A DNA stretch of 60,750 nt, the filler included, from Sphacelaria rigidula (Eukaryota), in assembly GCA_964200075.2 (NCBI GenBank). It is 8 parts of 8 records of this genome, joined end to end, with 100 filler letters (N's around TTAATTAATTAA, not from the genome) between each part and the next. Parts side by side here need not be neighbours in the genome. Positions count along the whole stretch, not along the records: positions 45,639 to 53,144 come from CAXNAA020014597.1; positions 53,245 to 60,750 come from CAXNAA020014598.1; 6 more parts are not named here. One strand, given 5' to 3'. Within the stretch, counting starts at the first letter, position 1, and every line of letters starts with the position of its first letter. The translations under genes and the position numbers were made by a program. Under the pieces are notes generated by a model, which was not told the origin of the DNA, searched no databases, and saw only the letters and a program-made list of their open reading frames with translations. Below, piece by piece: positions 50,229 through 60,750 of this stretch.

Positions 50229-52221
50229 TAGCGAAAAAAAAGAAGAAACAAAGGAAAAGGAACAGGAAAAAAGCAAGAACAGGAACATAAAATAAAATAA
50301 AAAATAAAATAAAAATCAGTGGCAAAGCTGATTGCTGTGAGACGCTCTTTTCTGTAGCATATATGTTCTCGGGTGCATTGAAGCTTTACTATTGAACACT
50401 CGCAGGATCCTTGCTCCAGATGATATCTATTAATCCCGTTTTTTTTCTGATCCTTCCTCGTAGCTGATGCTGTTTCTCCGGGACCTCGGTGCAACCTACC
50501 CCAATCGGTATATTTTATTCAAAACCAACTCTCGCTTTCGAATACCCTACTACATTTCGTAGTATTTCCTCGGTCGTACGTGTAGCCTACGATTTTTTTA
50601 CATGAAAATTCCTTTTGCAAAACCATCGCTATATGTATGTATTCACTAGTACCATGGTTCTGTCGAGCGCGCTAGATTACTGAAAGCTGTACGCAGGGGG
50701 GGTAAGCATCACGTTACAGAAACTCCCCAGTAATTCCACTCGCGGCTGCGCTGCACGAATCTATTATCGCTCGCGTGCTATTTTCCCGAGGTAGTTCACT
50801 GCTAATTCCTACGCTATTAGTCTTTTGTTCCTCCCGTTCCTCGGAATTAGTTCGGTAGTCTCAAGGGATCAAGCCATCGCTGCCTCGGTAAGGCACTTGA
50901 CTTGCTCGTTATTTTCGCGCGTTTGATCGGATCGCCAAAACTCCCCGAAGTTGGTTTTTCACCTAGGACCCCAACATTTCGGTTATCGAAATCCATATTT
51001 ATATGATGTGAAGTACGTGTAAACAGCTACCAGTAGGTGAAGGAATGGAACCATATTTCGAAGATCTGGTGTGGATACGAAGATTTTAATCCTCCGGGTT
51101 CTCATCCTCAATGAAAAGCTCCATCCTCAATTTCGATGATTGGCTCTTAACCGTGGATGATTTATCTCATTTTCACCCTTACTTGTCGGCGCATCGGTTT
51201 CAAAATAGCTTTTCCTCGATCCTTTCATATGCTGCGTATCCGGCGGGTATACAGCAGCGCGTGGGGGCTAAGACTATCAGTCAACTAGGCCGCTTGCTGG
51301 TAGTAGTTCGTATCTATCGCTACGAGCTGGGCCAGCCTAGACACGGATTTAAGCTCTCAAGCAATATCTCGTCGACACGGACGAGTTGGGCCATGATTCG
51401 CATATTGCACTAATCATCCAATCAAGGGGAAGGCGCTCATCTGCTCAAAAGGTTGGGCCCATATTTTCTCGTTGATTGAATCCCATGTCTCGTAATACCT
51501 ATCCTAACGAAGATGGCGTCCATACTAAAATCTCTATGAAACCCCCGATCGAAGCATTCAGCGGATGACGACGAATTTTGGTGTGGACATTTCCTGGAGC
51601 ACGGGGAGACGATATATACCCTCATCTTCACCTACTAATTCGTAACCTATCTCGAGATATGGCGCACATAACTTTCCAAACTAAAATCAGTTTATTACGA
51701 GCAGATGCACTAGATGAACTAAACCTGGATATGACGTCCCAGTTTTTGAGAGTAATGCTATGAAATTTCGTATGGAGAACCGCTAGTGCGTTATACAGCT
51801 TGAAAACACAGCTTTTGCATTTTTTTTTGGTATTATTTATATTTTTTTCGGGTTGTTGGGGCAATTTTGAGGAGAAATGAATACTGCTCATGGGCCTTAC
51901 CTCAGTTTTTTAGCTCAATTTCTAGAGTTGTGATTCGAAACTCGGGATAAAGAACCACGGAGGTATGCTGAAATAAAAAAAAATGACCCTCATTTTTTTT
52001 TTTTGGGGGGGGGGGGGGTTCGGGCGTTCTCGGAATAAAAAAGGGGGTTCCCAACTTAAACCCCCCCACCCCGTGAAAAAAAAAAAGCTGATCCACTTTG
52101 TTTTCGTCAATTATGCCCCAGCCACGGCCCACACAAAGTTTCAATACACACACACCAAACGTGCGCCGGTAAGTGGCCTGCAAAATACTGTTCCGAATTT
52201 CTTCTGGCCCCGTCACTAAAC

Positions 52222-52491
52222 GGCCCATTGTACGTCCAATATTTAGGGTTGGACCCTGAAATTCGTTATGGACAATGAGTAGGGCATAACAAAAACGAAT
52301 ACCAGTGCATACAAGTTATTTTTTTCATGAGTCAAGGGCAATAATCAGTTTTCAGGTATCAGTAGAATGCCCCTAACTCATGAAAAAAATATATAATCTT
52401 GTGTGCACTGGTATTTGTTTTCTCTATGCCCTATTTATTGTCCGCACCAAGTTTCAGGGTCCAACTCTGAATATCGGCCGTACAATGGGCC
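52222..52491. mobile_element. Foldback/MITE with ~115-bp inverted arms
   Basis: GGCCCATTGTACG...GTTGGACCCTGAAA...TTTTTTCATGAGT versus ACTCATGAAAAAA...TTTCAGGGTCCAAC...CGTACAATGGGCC. Confidence 0.75.
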
Positions 52492-53033
52492 TGCAAACTA
52501 CAAATTCGCTTCTCGGCTGGCCCAGCTCGTACTGCAGCTTTACAGTAATCCCGATTTCGCCAGACGTTGAATGAAGGGTGCCGTTCTGTTGCTGATATGC
52601 TACACTGGAATCTGCCACTACTGTATTCCGGAGCCAAGCGTCTTAGACAGAAACTCTACTCCAAACGATACAACCAATTGTTCATTTCTAGAAAACGGCA
52701 AGTCCACCTTCAATGTATATAATCCACGAGCCCTAGTCGACAAAATCGGGGACTCGTACGGAGCTGAGGGTCCTCCACACTCGTCTCCAGGTATAACCTG
52801 TTGCTGTCGGCCACAGCCACCCGGGAGGCTGCGCTCAATCAGCCTCTGAGCATACCGCAAATATTGCGCGAAACAAACCGTTCGTAAAGCACGCCCCTCC
52901 TCCGCCACCCTCCCCAGACAACAACGTTTACTAAAACAGAACGGTAGGTGGAATGCGTTCCGTCACCCTTTGGATTTTAGGATCCGAACACGTCGATGAG
53001 GTAGGATAGGATCCAATGCGATGAGTCATCCTA

Positions 53034-53142
53034 CGATAGGGAGGGGGCGTACTCATTTGTTGCTTGCCTTAGTCGTTTGACCATTGACCACTCGATAGGG
53101 GGCGTACTCATTTGTTGCTTGCCTTAGTCATTTGACCATTGA
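53034..53142. repeat. ~57-bp tandem repeat at contig end
   Basis: GGGGGCGTACTCATTTGTTGCTTGCCTTAGTC.TTTGACCATTGA twice. Confidence 0.85.
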
Positions 53143-54096
53143 GCNNNNNNNNNNNNNNNNNNNNNNNNNNNNNNNNNNNNNNNNNNNNTTAATTAATTAA
53201 NNNNNNNNNNNNNNNNNNNNNNNNNNNNNNNNNNNNNNNNNNNNGTAGAAGCTCCAAAAAGACACTTTTCCAGGTTTTTATTTTTGTCCATTATAAGAAG
53301 CGGCCTAAGGGTTAAAAGGGCCGCCTTTGGACAAAAGTACGACTGAATCAGAAATGTGATGCCTGTAGTCATGCACAAGTTAAATTACCCGCAGAGACCA
53401 CATTTTTCCTCGAGCATGTTTTTGTCCAGAGGTCGTTCTCGAACCCTGGAAGAAAAACTTGGAGCGAATCGAATCTTGTGAATACCTGCAGACACCGCAT
53501 TTGATTTTCAGTCGCGTCTTTGTCCAGAGGCCGTTCTCGAAAACTCGGAGCCAATGAGCGAACATGGAAAATGGGCTCGACTGCTGTCGGTGAGGCGATT
53601 CAAAGTGTACACGACGTGTGATGATAGTATTCTCCATTGCTTGTTGGGGCACAACTCGAAATGTTCTGAACTTGGAAAGTAAACCCGCCCAAAATACCAA
53701 CCGCACGTCCTTCCTCTCCGGAATTTCAAAACTTGGCTCGTGATGCTTGGTTCATTGTATTTGTCACTATTCTGCAACTTTCTAGTCAGGGGAAGAGGAG
53801 TAGGGTGGTTACGTTTACATCGAGGTGTACGGCAAAGCTAGCTGCACCTTGCTTCTACTACCGTTGCTGCATTGCTCTGTACACCGCACATGGAGGACCG
53901 CGACTCGCAAAATTTATTCCCTCCGAAAGCGAGAGTCACCTTCAGGAGTCCAGAATGTTTGTGCGATGCATGCTGTTTACAGCCGGACGTCGAATCGCGC
54001 GCACGAACAAACTACTGGAATGTGGCGGGATTCTCTCAGGTAGCCCAGAAAGTCGTTCCGAGGTGACCCACCTGGCCTTCATCTGGCGCAAAAAAA

Positions 54097-54612
54097 CAGG
54101 GCTATACAATTTACACGTTCACGTTCACGTTACGTTCATCACGTAAGAAAAAATAACTTTCACGTTGCGTGACGTGTGTCACGTGAAAAAAATACAACTT
54201 TATTTACGTTGACGTTACATTTAGAAATTTACCGTTACGTTCACGTTACGTTCATGACGTGGAATGAAATTAACGTTACGTTCACGTTACACTCCGGCCA
54301 AAACGTAACGTGAACGTAACGTGTAATGCTATGGCACGTGTAACGCGAATAGCCCTGGCCATATATTTACACGTTCACATTACGTTTATCACGTCAAAAA
54401 ATTAAACGTTCACCCTACGTGACGTATATTACGTAAGAAAAAAAATCACGGCACGTTAATCTCACGAAAAAAAAATCAGGTTACGTTAACGAAATATTTG
54501 AAAAATTGGAGGTTACGTTTACGTTACGTTCATCACGTAAAAAAAAAACGTTCATATTACGTTTCGGCCGAGTCGTAACGTGAACGTAACGTGTAACGCT
54601 CCGGCACGTGTA
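54097..54612. mobile_element. ACGT-rich MITE (54097-54357, TIR CAGGGCTAT) plus tandem terminus-less second copy
   Basis: CAGGGCTAT...ATAGCCCTG termini; dense ACGTTACGTTCACGTT subterminal motifs in both orientations; 54362-54612 repeats the interior. Confidence 0.7.
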
Positions 54613-56023
54613 CGGAAGGTCCAAAATAGGTACCGTAGATCAACACTCTCTTCGCCCCATCAGAAGAAGGTACCCTACAATGATGGAAACTGCGTGTGCG
54701 CAAGAGTTCTCTTATAGCATGAGTTCGAACATGCACTGCATATGCACAGTATGTACGGGCGCGACAGCGTTCAAACGTTACTCTCGTACGAGACCCGCGG
54801 CGCGTGTTTGCGCAACTCCACCCAGGCAGCTATGCTGTCTGTGTCAGGACATTTACTTGCATCCTGGACAAATACACTCCGGCGTCTACAGTATGACAAA
54901 GAGCGCACCATACAGGCCGCCTGAACGAAGGTGGGGCACATCGTGTATGATGAGCGGATACACCACCAACCGATATGCCTCGACTCGCCGGAAATTTTCA
55001 GCAGCTTCAGCGCTGACAGAATGGAATCAACCAAATCGCAACGTACGCTGATCTTCGCTGCGCGCGTGTTCCAACGGTGATTTTTGAAAGAAAGACAAAA
55101 CTGTTCTGGTACTTGGATTCTGTAATGATGTGGGAGAGGGAAGGTGTTGATCCCATCATGCCACTGAGTGTCTGACTCGTGTAGAAAAAACACCAGATAG
55201 AGTGATAAAAGTCACTCGGATCGACAAGAAAGCGCGGGCAAGGAAATGTACATCCAACAGTTGATATTCCACACAGCACCTTGGAGCTGACGATCCCATG
55301 ATGACCAGGCATGGAGGAAATCATCAGCTCTTCTGTCCTCTGGCCGCCGCGGCAAGCTGGCCTGCCGTCGTAGCAGTTCCCACATCCCCTCTCCAACCAG
55401 CTCTGGTTTCTTCCAGGCGATATTGAAGGAAAGTCCACAACTGCTGTAGAAGTGGGGAAGGCGAACCTTGCCGCCTGCTATAATATTATTACGTGGTCGT
55501 TTGTTCTTCGGCTCTTGTGGACGGTGAAATAATTTCGTGTTGTCGCGTATTCTACAGCTTTTGAAGCGCCACAGCCGCTTCCAGCGTTGGTTCATCGACG
55601 AGGAACAGACGAGTGAGAGGAATTTCCTCCGCCGACAGTTCAGTTAGTCGATGCTTCTCACGTTTTCCATGCTGCCTCTCTTCGGAGTACTGCACAATCA
55701 CCGCCTGATCCCGCGGGGTTATTTCTGAAGGCCTCGTTAGTCCTCACCACATACATGTCTTCATAAGATCTTGCGTTGTGTTGTGCGTAGTTTGTTCGTA
55801 TTGGTCGTGGAAGTGATTCTTCGGGAACAACCTTTGCCTCGCGTCGTTTTTGATAAGTCGAAATGGCGCCATAACCTGAGGGACCCATCGCATCTTGGCA
55901 CGACCATTGGACATTTCGAAGCAACAGGTTTTTCATTTCGTGGGCGTGACGCTCTCACTATTGACGTTACATTGCACATAACAGTACAGTTTGGTTCGGT
56001 GGAACAACTTCTTCAGGGGAATA

Positions 56024-56236
56024 TTGTAATGCGTGAGAGGACCGCGTGCTTAGAGGATCGCATCGGAATTTGAACACCCATGTGGTTATGGTTATGGTTA
56101 GGGTTAGGGTTGGGGTTAGGGTCAGGGGCGTGGTACCTGCAGGGACTAACCCGATTGGTTTCGAAAAACATCGATCCTGAGGTATTTTGAACTACGGCCC
56201 GGTCCTCTAAGCACGCGGTCCTCTCACGCATTACAA
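56024..56236. mobile_element. MITE family C with ~35-bp TIRs and internal telomere-like repeats
   Basis: TTGTAATGCGTGAGAGGACCGCGTGCTTAGAGGA...TCCTCTAAGCACGCGGTCCTCTCACGCATTACAA; internal GGTTAT/GGTTAG run. Confidence 0.85.
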
Positions 56237-56384
56237 TGTAACGGAAGGGTGTTCACGTCATGTCGGAGTGCTCCGGCGGGAAACGACACTATCAACTACA
56301 TGTATTCACACGCGCGGATGTTACCTGCTACTGGACCAACTCTTATCGGACACCTATGGCAGGTTGAGGGCATAGCCCGGTTAA

Positions 56385-56482
56385 CCCTTAGACCGCGAGA
56401 TTAGTCTTTCTGGATCATGCATACTTTTTTTCACTTGAAATTGATGCCGATTCAACAGCAGACTAACCTCGCGGTCTAAGGG
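56385..56482. mobile_element. 98-bp piggyBac-like MITE
   Basis: TTAA-CCCTTAGACCGCGAG...CTCGCGGTCTAAGGG-TTAA. Confidence 0.85.
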
Positions 56483-56560
56483 TTAAGGGCATTTACCCGG
56501 ACCGGATGCCCTTGACCGCAAAAAAAAAGGCCCCTAACCAGGCGATGCCATTATCCTGCC

Positions 56561-56634
56561 ACCCTAACCCTAACCCCAGCAATGTTCAAATTCAGATGCG
56601 GTCCGCTAAGCGCGCGGTCCTCTCACGCAATACG
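56561..56634. mobile_element. Partial MITE family C (one end)
   Basis: CCCTAACCCTAACCCC...TTCAAATTCAGATGCGGTCCGCTAAGCGCGCGGTCCTCTCACGCAATAC. Confidence 0.7.
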
Positions 56635-59020
56635 CTGTAGTGATACTGTCATGTGTGCTAGTCAGTATTCGACCGTGCGGGGAAATACTTCATATTGCAT
56701 TAGCGCATCGCTGTCTAGAGTGCGACTGCAAACGCAGGGACGCCGCCTGGAGAGAAATTTGCATTTGCATTTCGTTGCACGCATTTCTTATACGCTCACC
56801 GTTACCAGGGTGGTATCCCACGTCTCAAATTATGTAAGACCTGGGTGGTGTTTTCATACAGCAGTGAATTTACGGTCGCGGTATCCTGGTGCGTGTGCAA
56901 CACATTTTGTGCGTGTGCGAAGATTTTTGGGCGTGTGCAGCAGATATAAAGCATGACAACATGGGCGGAGCCAACACTAGCGAATGCAGGGACCCTGCCG
57001 CGGTCCGGTGTGCTCTATTATCAGACTAGCCGTTGTAGTTCATCTTTGTTTTGGTTCGGAACCAACTCCGTGAACTGGTGCGTATTGGGGCGAAAAGATA
57101 TTGGATTCTGTTCCGAAGTTTTGTTATTTTTTTTTTTGGCGTAAGACTGACTGTGGTACCGTCGTACCCGCACTATGATCGTTTTTTTGCCATCAGCAAT
57201 CGATCACAAGATCCGAATAGATGGTCAACCGTAATCTTCGTATAAATATGGTTGAACAATGCTGCCGACGTATCTCTGTTCTATGCAACAGTTTCGGTTA
57301 TCGGCTCACTCGGTAGTTGACGGATAGTTCTCGGAAATTTCCGGTGTGTGGACAGGTGCAGTATCGGATTTTAGTGTGGACACCGAAATCCGGATCTTTG
57401 GAGGGCGCTATGCCCCTGGCGTGCTCCTAGCGTGCGCAGGACGCGTTCTTGTCTAATTCGGCGCCTGGGGTGCCGATTTGAGGTCTGGCAACGCACACTC
57501 TGTCTACGGAAGACGTTGTACCTCCCTTGCCCGAGAGTTCTCGGTATGTCTTCGTTGGGGTTGGGGTTGGGGTTAGGGTTAGGGATAGTGTTATTCGATA
57601 TGCATCAGCACCTGCATAAACCATGAATTTCCGAGAAACATCTGTCAACTACCCGGTGGTAATAAAGTGACCTCTACTACTTTGTGTATGCCCCAGTACG
57701 TGTCAAAGTAGTCGGAGAGGTCACACGCAAGAACTGATTCCAGTACAAGTAGATCTCCTGTANNNNNNNNNNATGGGTATATTGGTGGCATGCTCCTTGC
57801 ACTCTGTGACCACGGATTCGAGAGATTGAGCTAATGTGATCGGTATAATAATAAATAGTAATAATAGTAATGTGGTCCGCACCTCATTGTACATATCAAC
57901 CATTTTCCCGGCTATCTAGTAAACAGCCCTCTATACAATACAAATGTAGTTACGATCTGGATTGGATTTGCACCGCGTCCCATTTGCTATTCGTGTTTTT
58001 ATCGTACCACATTCAAGAGAGGAGCAAAATATTCCTTTCGTGGGAAACAATTGCCGGGTAGTGGACAAACACATCAGTTGGAATACCCAGCAGCCCCCAG
58101 AAAATTATTTTCAGCTGTCAACCATGAATATACGCCCGAAGCTACAGGTGTACAGCGGAGCATTCCGACATGCCGGAACACCTCCTCCCTGGTCCCCTAG
58201 AGGAAGTTGTTCCGCGGGACGGCTTTATGGCAATATAATACCAACGGAGAGCGTTGCGTTTGCGAGAAACAAAACGCACTATGTCGTACTTCTTCGGAAA
58301 ACCAAACCGCCGTGCCTAAACGCGACGGCTTTCCCTGGTTATGACACCAATTCAACTTATGAACAATCAATACGTAGCAGGCGAAAATTGTTCCCGTAAA
58401 ATCCTTTAGATGACCACTACGATAAAATCACCCACGAAACAACCCAAGATCCACCGAAAACGTGTGGTGAGGACTAGAAGGGCCGCGAGAAGGCCAGATG
58501 TGGCCAAGCGGAATCCGACGGTGATTGCGGGGAATTCATAAGAGAAACAGCAAGCAGTGAACCGTAGGAAGCATCAACTACAGTATACCCGAAATGCTGG
58601 GGTAGGAAATAGCGCTCGACTGCTTTTCATTGTCAACCAAAACGAGGCGGAAGCGGTTGTAGCGTTGGAAAAGCCCAAAAATAGACACTATACTATCAGA
58701 CCGCAAGGTTTGCCGTCCCCAAAAACCGCAGAAAAACGACAACATCGTAAAAGTAGAAGGTGGCAAGGTTAGCCTCCCCCACTACTACTACAGTGTAGTG
58801 CACTCGTCCTCAATATCGCCCAGAGGGAACCAGAGCTAGGCGGAGGGGAGATGTGGGAACAACTGCGACGGCAGGCCAGGTCGCCGCGTCCGGAGGACAG
58901 CAGGCCTGGTTTATTCCTCCAGGCCTGGTCATCATGGGGTCATCAGCTTCGAGGTGCGGTGTGGTATATCAACGGTGGTGTGTCCTCGGTCGATCCACTT
59001 GACCTCCCGATATCCATCGT

Positions 59021-59252
59021 ACTGTAATGCGTGGGAAGGCCGCGTGTTTAGGGGACCGCATCGGAGTTCAATTCATCCTATGGGTCGGGCTAGGGCTAGG
59101 GTTAGGGACGACTTGGGGTTGGGGTTGGGGTTGGGGTCAGCGGCGTGGTCCCTGCAGGGTCTAGCCCGATTGTTTTTGAAAAACGTGGGTCCCAAGGTGC
59201 TTTGGACTACGATGCGGCCCTCTGAGCACGCGTTCCTTTCACGCATTACAGT
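59021..59252. mobile_element. MITE family C copy
   Basis: ACTGTAATGCGTG...CACGCATTACAGT; same interior as the 56024 copy, including GGGTTA/GGGTTG repeats. Confidence 0.85.
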
Positions 59253-59254
59253 CG

Positions 59255-59309
<55 letters not shown>

Positions 59310-59356
59310 CGTTGTCGTTGTCGTTGTCATTGTCGTTGTCGTTGTCATTGTTGTTG
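59253..59356. repeat. (GTT/GTC)n microsatellite
   Basis: Directly visible. Confidence 0.95.
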
Positions 59357-59395
59357 CCGTTCCGATATCTGCACAGTACATTTGTACTGGGCATC

Positions 59396-59619
59396 TTGTA
59401 ATGGGTGAGAGGACCCCGTGCTCAGAGGACCGCGCCGTAGCTTAAAACATTCGCCTCATGATCGACGTTTTTCAAAACCAATCGGGCCAGTCCCTGCAGG
59501 TACTACGCCCCTGACTATAACCGTAACACTAATCCTAACCCTAACCCTAACCATAGGGATGCTCAAATTCCGATGCGGTCCTCTGAGCACGCGGTCCTCT
59601 CACGCATCACGCATAACAA
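59396..59619. mobile_element. MITE family C copy, opposite orientation
   Basis: TTGTAATGGGTGAGAGGACC...GGTCCTCTCACGCAT; internal CCTAACCCTAACCCTAACC. Confidence 0.85.
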
Positions 59620-59901
59620 TCCGATGCGGACGCCTTCCGTGGTCACAGGCTAGCTACTTATAATAAGGTAATACCATGAAGAAATCAAACAAAAAAGAAG
59701 AAACAAAATAGACCTACCGTAGATGAAAAAAGTCATCAAAACCTCATACAAGCAAAACAGGGACAAATGACTGAGAAGGAAGAGAATACCAAGGGTAGGT
59801 CGAGTAGGGTATACTCAATTGCGGGGGATTTGGGAAGTCGTACTTGAAGTACAGTAGTCAGCGTCAAAAGTATGCAGAATCCGTAATTTCTTAGTTCTTA
59901 A

Positions 59902-59999
59902 CCCTTATACCGCGAGGTTAGTCTTATGTTGAATCGGCATCAGTTTCAAGTGAAATAAAGTATTCATGATCCAGAAAGACTAATCTCGCAGTCTAAGGG
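59902..59999. mobile_element. 98-bp piggyBac-like MITE, second copy (inverted relative to 56385)
   Basis: TTAA-CCCTTATACCGCGAG...CTCGCAGTCTAAGGG-TTAA; interior is the near reverse complement of the first copy. Confidence 0.85.
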
Positions 60000-60750
60000 T
60001 TAAAGACGGTCCAAATTTGTTTTGCTTGCCACCGCTAATCACAGTGACTGTTGGATGCCAAAAAATGGGGATCCGGAGATATGTTAATCCTATTGACAAA
60101 TTTTGAAAGAAGAATGATCTGCGATCAATCATGAGTGACTTACGGGCTTGACCGATCTTTGGGGGTCCTCCGAAAATACGACCCCAGGCTCTAGCTTTCC
60201 AGTATTCTCGGTGGACCGACTCGATTCGGATTATATAAGTGAAGACTCGGAAATGATTGTTTTTTTGAAACTCCACCTAGTCTCTGCGCTAAAGCAGGAA
60301 AACTATGTTTCTTGGGCCATTTGCGGTCAACAACACTCTCCTCATAAACGGGGTCTCTACCCGGTATCGCCCCCACAACACCAACTTGAGCAATTGTGAA
60401 GTAAGCACGGTTTGCTTATTTTGCCAAAACTATCGACGCTAGCGTTTTCGAGTGGTCATGGAAAATGTTTTGCGAAAGATAAAATAAAATAGGCCATCCG
60501 CAGAAAGTGCAAGACCGAGGTCTGTGCAGTATGGGAGGGAAACACGATCTCGATCGTTATTGTGAAGAATTTGATACGTTTTAATTCATCTTAATATTTA
60601 CGCATTTTACCTCGGTGATAGATGGATCTGCCTGATGAAAACCCCGTATTCCCGCGTCGACGAAACTAAAACAATATACAGTGGATAACAGCCGATTTTA
60701 TATTTTGGGGTTCATACAAAATATGGGGTTGAAGTGGCATATCTCTCTTT

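Noticed and set aside
54620-55990. Possible decayed MULE/SWIM-type coding remnant on the minus strand
   Set aside because: Only a vague CxH pattern with many stops; not supportable without an HMM search

Overview
Eukaryotic, repeat-rich genomic DNA, most likely from a brown alga or related stramenopile (inference from the WPASLQ-type FNIP repeats, kb-scale GT-AG introns and TTAGGG-like repeats). The window is not contiguous: it is eight unrelated contigs of 7506-7507 bp joined by identical 100-bp N-TTAATTAATTAA-N linkers, so no gene-neighbourhood argument is valid across a linker. Contents: (1) a disrupted FNIP/LRR gene with about 40 tandem 66-bp units whose variation concentrates in a few codons per unit; (2) the 5' half of a Ty3/Gypsy LTR retrotransposon whose gag and pol are in the same frame, separated by one UAG that is followed by a predicted three-stem pseudoknot; (3) the 5' half of a degenerate Ty1/Copia element with an LTR and a half-tRNAiMet primer-binding site; (4) four exons of an ankyrin-repeat gene and two exons of a membrane-protein gene; (5) many non-autonomous elements: tRNA-derived SINEs and (CAAT)n-tailed retroposon ends sharing a structured 3' motif, hAT-like and 98-bp piggyBac-like MITEs, foldbacks, and a MITE carrying telomere-like repeats. 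The strongest leads are the hypervariable FNIP array, the gag-pol readthrough signal and the shared structured 3' retroposon motif. All coordinates and base pairings were read by eye and none were checked against databases.
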